From Eledone cirrhosa (taxonomy: Eukaryota), in NCBI GenBank assembly GCA_964016885.1, contig OZ024749.1, forward strand, positions 26,722,001 to 26,786,000: DNA of 64,000 bases, written 5' to 3'. The stretch's first letter is position 1; each line of letters starts with the position of its first letter. The position numbers and the translations under genes were made by a program. This document shows, one piece after another, positions 54,966 to 64,000 of this stretch. The notes under the pieces are model-generated. The model worked only from the letters and a program-made list of their open reading frames with translations. It was not told the DNA's origin and did not search any database.

Positions 54966-55086
54966 ATTATATATATATGCATTAACTTTGCCTCTCATCC
55001 TTACGGGGTCGATAAAATAAAGTACCAGTAATACACTGGGTATTTGCTGGCCTTGTGCCTAACGTAGAAACAATTATATATATATA

Positions 55087-55124
<38 letters not shown>

Positions 55125-55177
55125 TAAATATATAAATATATATATCTATATTTATTTATTTATATATATATATGTGC

Positions 55178-55234
<57 letters not shown>

Positions 55235-55244
55235 TAAGTATATA

Positions 55245-57371
55245 TTGAAATGTCCCCAGATGTATCTGACAGCACGGAGGAATTCCTCAGCAGAATCAGC
55301 GAAAGTAACCGATCTAGGGACCTAACAAACTGCATAATAGGTAGTATGGATGTTGTGTCCCTATATCCATCTATTGACGCGGATTTTGCTCGGGAGAAAT
55401 GCGTAGAAATGATCAGTAAGAGCAATGTTGAGTTCCGTGGGATTGATACCAGTGAGCTGGGACTCCTACTTAAACTTACCTATAGTAATGATTATCTAGA
55501 TACATATGACCTTAGCAACCTGTGCCCTACAAGACCAGCAAGAAGCAGACCACCTACCATTACCTCGATGGCCAACAAAACCCACACAGATAGATGGAAC
55601 GGGTGGACCAGAACCATACAGACCCCCGAAAATCACGATGAACTAAAGAAAATGATTGCACATGCGGTGGGGGGCCAACATAAAATTAACCCTTAAGGAA
55701 CATATGTTCAAATTTAATGGAAAAACATATGCCCAAGAGGAGGGAGGAGCCATTGGTGTTAGCATTGCAGGTGACATAGCTAACCTATTCATGGTATGGT
55801 GGGACAATAGACTTAAACTTAAACTTAAAGAACAATTAGAAGACCCCTTAACCCTGACAATGTACTCCCGCTACGTTGATGATATAAACATCGTAGTTAA
55901 AACACCCCCATTAGAGAACAGTCAGGAATTAGAGAAAAACACCATGGAAAGCATCCAGCAAATAGCTAACTCCATCCACCAGAGTATTAGAGTTACTATA
56001 GACTACACAAGCAAACACCCCAACTATCGATTACCTGTACTAGACACAGAGCTCTGGTTAGAAACCATTAATAACAAAAACAAATCCTCCATTCCCATTA
56101 TGCCAAACCCATGAGACTTCCAAACATCTGATCCACCGAAACTCAGCTGCTTCGGACCACACCAAAATCAACATACTGATTGCGGATTTGGTACGGGTGA
56201 TGAGAAACGTGTCGCGCATGTGCAACCCCGAAGAACTAGAGAGACATATACAACACTTCATCCACCGTATGCAGTTCTCTGGTTACAATCAGAGAGATAA
56301 AATCAGTGTATATAGAGGAGCCAGAACCAAATGGGAAAAAATGGTAAATAATGATACAAATGGGACCTGCCCCTTGTATAGGAGCAAATTTAGGAATAGA
56401 ATAGAAAGAACCAGGAATAAGGTTAATAGAATAAACTCATGGTGTGATAGCAATAAGTACCAGAGTGTAATGTTCATCAATATAACCCCTAGAGGTGAAT
56501 TAGCTTACAAATTTAGAAGGGCCTTAGATAAACATAAACTCAATATTAAGATAATAGAAAGACCAGGTACCTCCATAAAAACACTTATTAGCAATACATA
56601 CCCTTTTCAAAGACGTCTGTAAATTAAGCCCCCATATTAACCGTAAAACTAGAAATGTAATATATAGCATAAGATGTACTGAAGGACAATGTAGAGATAA
56701 AAATATAGTGTACATAGGTGAGACAGCTCGTAGTATAGGGGAACGGATAAATGAACACTGGCGAGACCTTCAAGATAGTAAAGAATCATCTGTACTCTAC
56801 CAACATGCTAAAATAGAACATAAGGGTAAATTAGAGAACATAGAAATAAAAATAGAATCTACACACAGAAAAGACGCAATGTTTAGACAAATCACAGAGG
56901 CAGTAAACATAAATGAACTCCAACCAAAATTAAATAGAAAACATGAATGGAATAGCAACATCACAACTTACAATTAAGGACAAAATGAAAACACACACAC
57001 ACATAGAACAAACAACCAACCAGTAACATGTAAATAAACAAATAAATAAACAAATATAAACACACACAGACACCCGGATGTAACACATGCGCAAACTAAG
57101 CACACAACACACACAAAAACAAGATGGCGTTGGACAGAACAAAGGAGAGGCACAAAAACAAAGAAAAGAATCCCCAGTCACTGAAGAGGTCACATAATGT
57201 GTGACGAAAAAACTTTGACAATATATGAACAATCGTCTGGTTGTGGAACCAACCAACCAACCAGAAATTTATAAATTCTTAAATTTATAAATTTAATTTA
57301 TAATAAATTGGAGTGAAAGCAACTGGTGCGTGTGTTTCTTATTGGCAACATGACCTTCTCAAAGCATATCA

Positions 57372-57372
<1 letters not shown>
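55245..57372 (+). mobile_element. Frameshifted Penelope-like element (RT + GIY-YIG) with a 3' terminal repeat
   Basis: GSMDVVSLYPSI, GGAIGVSIA, YSRYVDDI, LPVLD, then NVIYSIRC...VYIGETARSIGERINEH...RQITEAVNI. Split over four ORFs; stop at 56977. Confidence 0.92.
57177..57219 (+). ncRNA. Hammerhead in the Penelope 3' repeat (stem III degenerate)
   Basis: gtca-CTGAAGA-g-gtcaca-taatg-tgtgac-GAAA-aaac-TT-tgac. Confidence 0.65.
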
Positions 57373-57402
<30 letters not shown>

Positions 57403-58341
57403 TATATACATAGAGAGAGAGAGTATGTGTGTGTGTGGTGGAGGGCTACGGGCAACTAAGCCCGTCAATTGCCTTAACCTGAACATAACCACACCTAAAA
57501 CAAACTAAAGCTATCCACGAACTCAAGTTGAGCCGTGAACCTACATAAAGTCTCACTCACCGGATCACCTGATCCATGCCACACAAGGAAAAGTAAACAA
57601 CACACGCCTTTCTAAACCAAATATATATACACATGTGTCGGAGTGTGTACATGTGTGAGTGCATGTGTGTGTGGGGTGTGTGCATGTGTGTGTGCGTGGG
57701 TGTGTACTCATCATTTAGCTATGTCGCTCTTTATATTGATACAACTATGAGCAAGCCAAATGCACTATCCATAAGATAGCGAGATCGCGCTCGCATATAT
57801 ATATACTAAAATCCAAAGAGGGCTCGATAAGGATAAATATATATCAAATATATAAGAACCCTAGAGAAAATATATATGTATATATGTATATATGTATGTA
57901 TGTATATATACCCGGGAGAGATGACTCCTTAGCCTTTGTCAAGGCAGAATTCTAGGAGAAGGAAAACTCTGATATAACACCTGCAACCCTGATGGTATCC
58001 AATGATGTTGACTTGTTCTTCTTTTTGGTAAATATCATCTTGGTTAAGAGAGTGGGACTGGCTTTGTGCAGTGCCTTTGCTCACTATAAAAGCTTCACGG
58101 CACAGGCATTGCTTTATATCTGGAGATCTCTCTGCACTTGTCATCACATGGTATCATGGGCCCAGCACTATGTGTCAATAATTGTCACAAGTGTAGTGTT
58201 TGTACCAGAGTTTTCAAGTCACTGGCTGGACTAAAAAGTCACACTCGTTCAGCGCATCGGTAGGGGTTCTCCTACATGGATATAAAGTAGTGGTCGTACT
58301 CGAAAACGAGTTGGCAGCCACCATGTATGTATATATACATG

Positions 58342-58380
<39 letters not shown>

Positions 58381-58873
58381 TAAAATAACAGATTAAAGTT
58401 TAAGCAAAGAATCGCTGCTTTCACCCTTAACGGGATCTTCTGAAACTAACAAAGTCAATCTGTAAACGCAGAACTGGATATTTCAAAAAACGTTGCAACC
58501 GGAGGAAGACAGGAAGACGATACTTTGGTTCGTGGTAACGTTCGCTGGCAAAGAACGGGAAAAACGAATAATACGTCATTAATATGAGAGGTGAAAAACA
58601 ATTACGCGCAAAGACAAAACCACGTTTATAGTATAAAAGAGGTCGTAGACTAATGTTCTCTTAGGTGGTGCATAGAGACGTTCTCTGGCAATGAACGAAA
58701 AAACGAAGATAATAAGTCATATGTGGAGCGTGGAGAACAATAGCACGCAAAGACAAAACCACGTAAATGGTATAGCAGAAATCGTAGACTAAAATTCTAA
58801 CTATTTGATATATTTGATATATATTTTCCTTATCGAGCCCTCTTTGGATTTTAGTCTTCAATTTTATTATTAT

Positions 58874-58942
<69 letters not shown>

Positions 58943-59004
58943 CATATATACATATATATGTATATATGTATATATGTATATATGTATGTATGTATATATA
59001 CATA

Positions 59005-59046
<42 letters not shown>

Positions 59047-59079
59047 TGTATATATACATACATACATATATACATATAT

Positions 59080-59131
<52 letters not shown>

Positions 59132-59134
59132 ATG

Positions 59135-59186
<52 letters not shown>

Positions 59187-59202
59187 TCTCTCTATATATA
59201 TA

Positions 59203-59288
<86 letters not shown>

Positions 59289-59485
59289 CATACATGTGTA
59301 TATATATCCTCCTTCCCTACAATTTTATTTTCTCATGGTAACATTATAAATCAATATTTTTATCGTTTTTAAAATGCAACATGAAAGAAAAGTTATATCG
59401 TCTTTTTTCACTACAAAAATCATTCTGATAATGTTTCCATTGGTTTTATTTTAAAATAAAACTAGACTAATCTAAGCAGCTACTT

Positions 59486-59634
<149 letters not shown>

Positions 59635-59723
59635 TTATATATGTATGTATATAAATATATACATATGTACACGTACACACACATATACACATATATATAT
59701 TTATATATATATATATATACATA

Positions 59724-59845
<122 letters not shown>

Positions 59846-60313
59846 AATATATATATGTACACACACACACACATATATATATATATGTGTGTGTGTGTGT
59901 CTTTATGTGTGTGTGTGTGTGTAGTTTGTATTTAATATAATCTTTGTGTGTTTGGAGGATATGCATAAAGTATTATAAAAATTAATAATCTAAATATTTC
60001 CTTTAGAAAGTGTTTTGTTTTGGGTGTTTTTTACAAGTAACTTCTTATTAAAAGAATATCAGTTATTTTATTTTAAGCTGCTTCTGGGCGCATTCATTCG
60101 AAAATATATCTCTTGCGATAGTATATTATATATATTATATTATGTATATATTATACATTATATCTTATTATCTTATATATTATACAAAATATTATATACA
60201 CTATATATATTATATAATGTACTATAATATATTATATTATATTATATGTTATGTTATGTCTCTATATAGATAAATATATATATATATATTAACATTACAT
60301 TACATTACATTAC

Positions 60314-60392
<79 letters not shown>

Positions 60393-60690
60393 TATGTTTA
60401 TATTATAAATACATGTTATATATAGCATGTTATATATATATATATTATATATATTATTAATACATATTATATATATTATGTTACATATATATTATATATA
60501 TTATATGTATTTTATATATATTATATATATATATATATATATTATTCCATACTATATAAATGTTTATATATCTTTTATGATAATCATATTATATTAACAC
60601 CTATAGTCTATATGGTAATGTAATATTATTTAATATTATTTTCTACACTAACGTTTCACATTTCAGATAGATCAATTAGGTATTTATATA

Positions 60691-60810
<120 letters not shown>

Positions 60811-60972
60811 GTTTTACCGTTACTGTATAGAGAACAATATCTACAGGTTTAGCAATTAAATAGAAAAAACCAAGTCAGAATCAAATCTCTGAAGTAGAGT
60901 TTTAAATTACCAACCTTATAACTATAAGTTTGCTGATACGAATCTAGTTCGTTTCACCACAGAAATGTGCAG

Positions 60973-61073
<101 letters not shown>

Positions 61074-61198
61074 TTCGTTAAGCAAAACAAGACCTCAAAT
61101 TTCACAAGGAAGACATTATTAAAAGATTGTCAACATATTTTAGTTTGATGTAAGGAATGTAGAGAATAATAATAATAATATTAATAATAATAATGTCC

Positions 61199-61318
61199 GT
61201 TTACAATTGTTTCGCTACTCCATATAATATTTCTGGATCAGATGACTATATATCATAATTGATCTGGTTCAGTTGGAAATAATTAACATATTTAAAAGAC
61301 AGAGTGGCTCATCGGAAC
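61199..61318 (-). ncRNA. Hammerhead with ~80-nt insertion in loop II and a U4C core change, downstream of the second Penelope element
   Basis: gtt-CCGATGA-gccactc...gagtagc-GAAAC-AATT-GTA-aac. Palindromic stem III ACAATTGT. Confidence 0.6.
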
Positions 61319-61693
61319 TTCAAAGGAATATAAATTAAAATAATGAGATAATGTTACATAATATAATGTTCCATATATTGGTTTTTACTATGGTGTTTTG
61401 GTTGCATCAGTTGTCAGCCATAATCAAGCAGTATACATCTGTCGAGGCTGCATTGTGTGAGATCTGCTTATGGGTAACAAGATGGCTGCCAAAGGGCATA
61501 TTTACCTTATTAATTAGAGGGTGGTTTCAGGGGAAGTAATTTCTCGAGAGATTAGAAATTGTGGGTGCTTATATAAGTGCTAATTTTTTAATTTTTTTTA
61601 ATTGAGAGACAATGTAGGGGAGGTAACTTATAATTATCGAGTTGTTCATAGCAATTTAACTTATTAGCTACAAGTAAAAATGGGGCTACATGA

Positions 61694-63515
<1,822 letters not shown>

Positions 63516-63553
63516 CATACATACATACATACATACATACATACATACATACA

Positions 63554-63585
<32 letters not shown>

Positions 63586-63594
63586 CATGTATAT

Positions 63595-63654
<60 letters not shown>

Positions 63655-63764
63655 GTGAGGTTTTTTTTACAAAATGAAAAATAACCGAGGTGTCCTACAC
63701 GAGTGAAAGTTTAAGGAAAAAAGATGAAATCAAAAATGCAACTGGATTCTTTTTTTTTAAATAT

Positions 63765-63955
63765 ATATTTATTTGGTTCCTTTACCGGTTTCGCAGTTCT
63801 TCTGCTTTTCAAAAGTAGAGTTGAGATGGAGGGTCTGTGGTTTTTCTCGCATCTCACATCTCACATCTCAGATGTGAGAAAAACCACAGACCCTCCATCT
63901 CAACTCTACTTTTGAAGAACTGCGAAACCGGTAAAGGAACCAAATAAATATTTAA
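63765..63955. repeat. Fold-back repeat with a degenerate hammerhead
   Basis: Arms 63765-63853 / 63872-63955. Minus strand: ctt-TTGAAAA-gcag-aagaa-ctgc-GAAAC-CG-GTA-aag. Confidence 0.7.
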
Positions 63956-64000
63956 AGCTGTATACAGCTATGGTACGACCACATTTGGAATTCGCATCAT

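Noticed and set aside
58405-58447. Minus-strand CAGAAGA-tccc/ggg-TGAAA motif; similar half-motifs at 39990-40020, 45440-45480 and 60925-60960
   Set aside because: A core box is mutated or missing, or stem I cannot be drawn, so these are not called as ribozymes.

Overview
Repeat-dominated, AT-rich animal genomic DNA. It is most likely from an octopod cephalopod, inferred from OK/Meta- and CORE-type SINEs and extreme microsatellite density. Almost all ORFs in the track are microsatellite translation artefacts. Real coding content: one apparently intact RTE LINE with an internal PHD-like finger (18.6-22.3 kb), a disrupted CR1/L2-type LINE, two Penelope-like (RT + GIY-YIG) relics, R4/Dong and RTE fragments, and one probable host terminal exon ending in KQEL (42.9-43.4 kb). 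The main non-coding signal is roughly two dozen minimal type I hammerhead ribozyme motifs, read by eye, from several unrelated small repeat families. They sit in tandem or fold-back units between (TA)n tracts. The clearest case is a 5.2-kb array of ten near-identical ~530-550 bp units, each with one hammerhead (retrozyme-like or non-autonomous Penelope-like), carrying the same inversion junction twice. Ribozyme activity, expression and circular RNA production are inferred, not shown.
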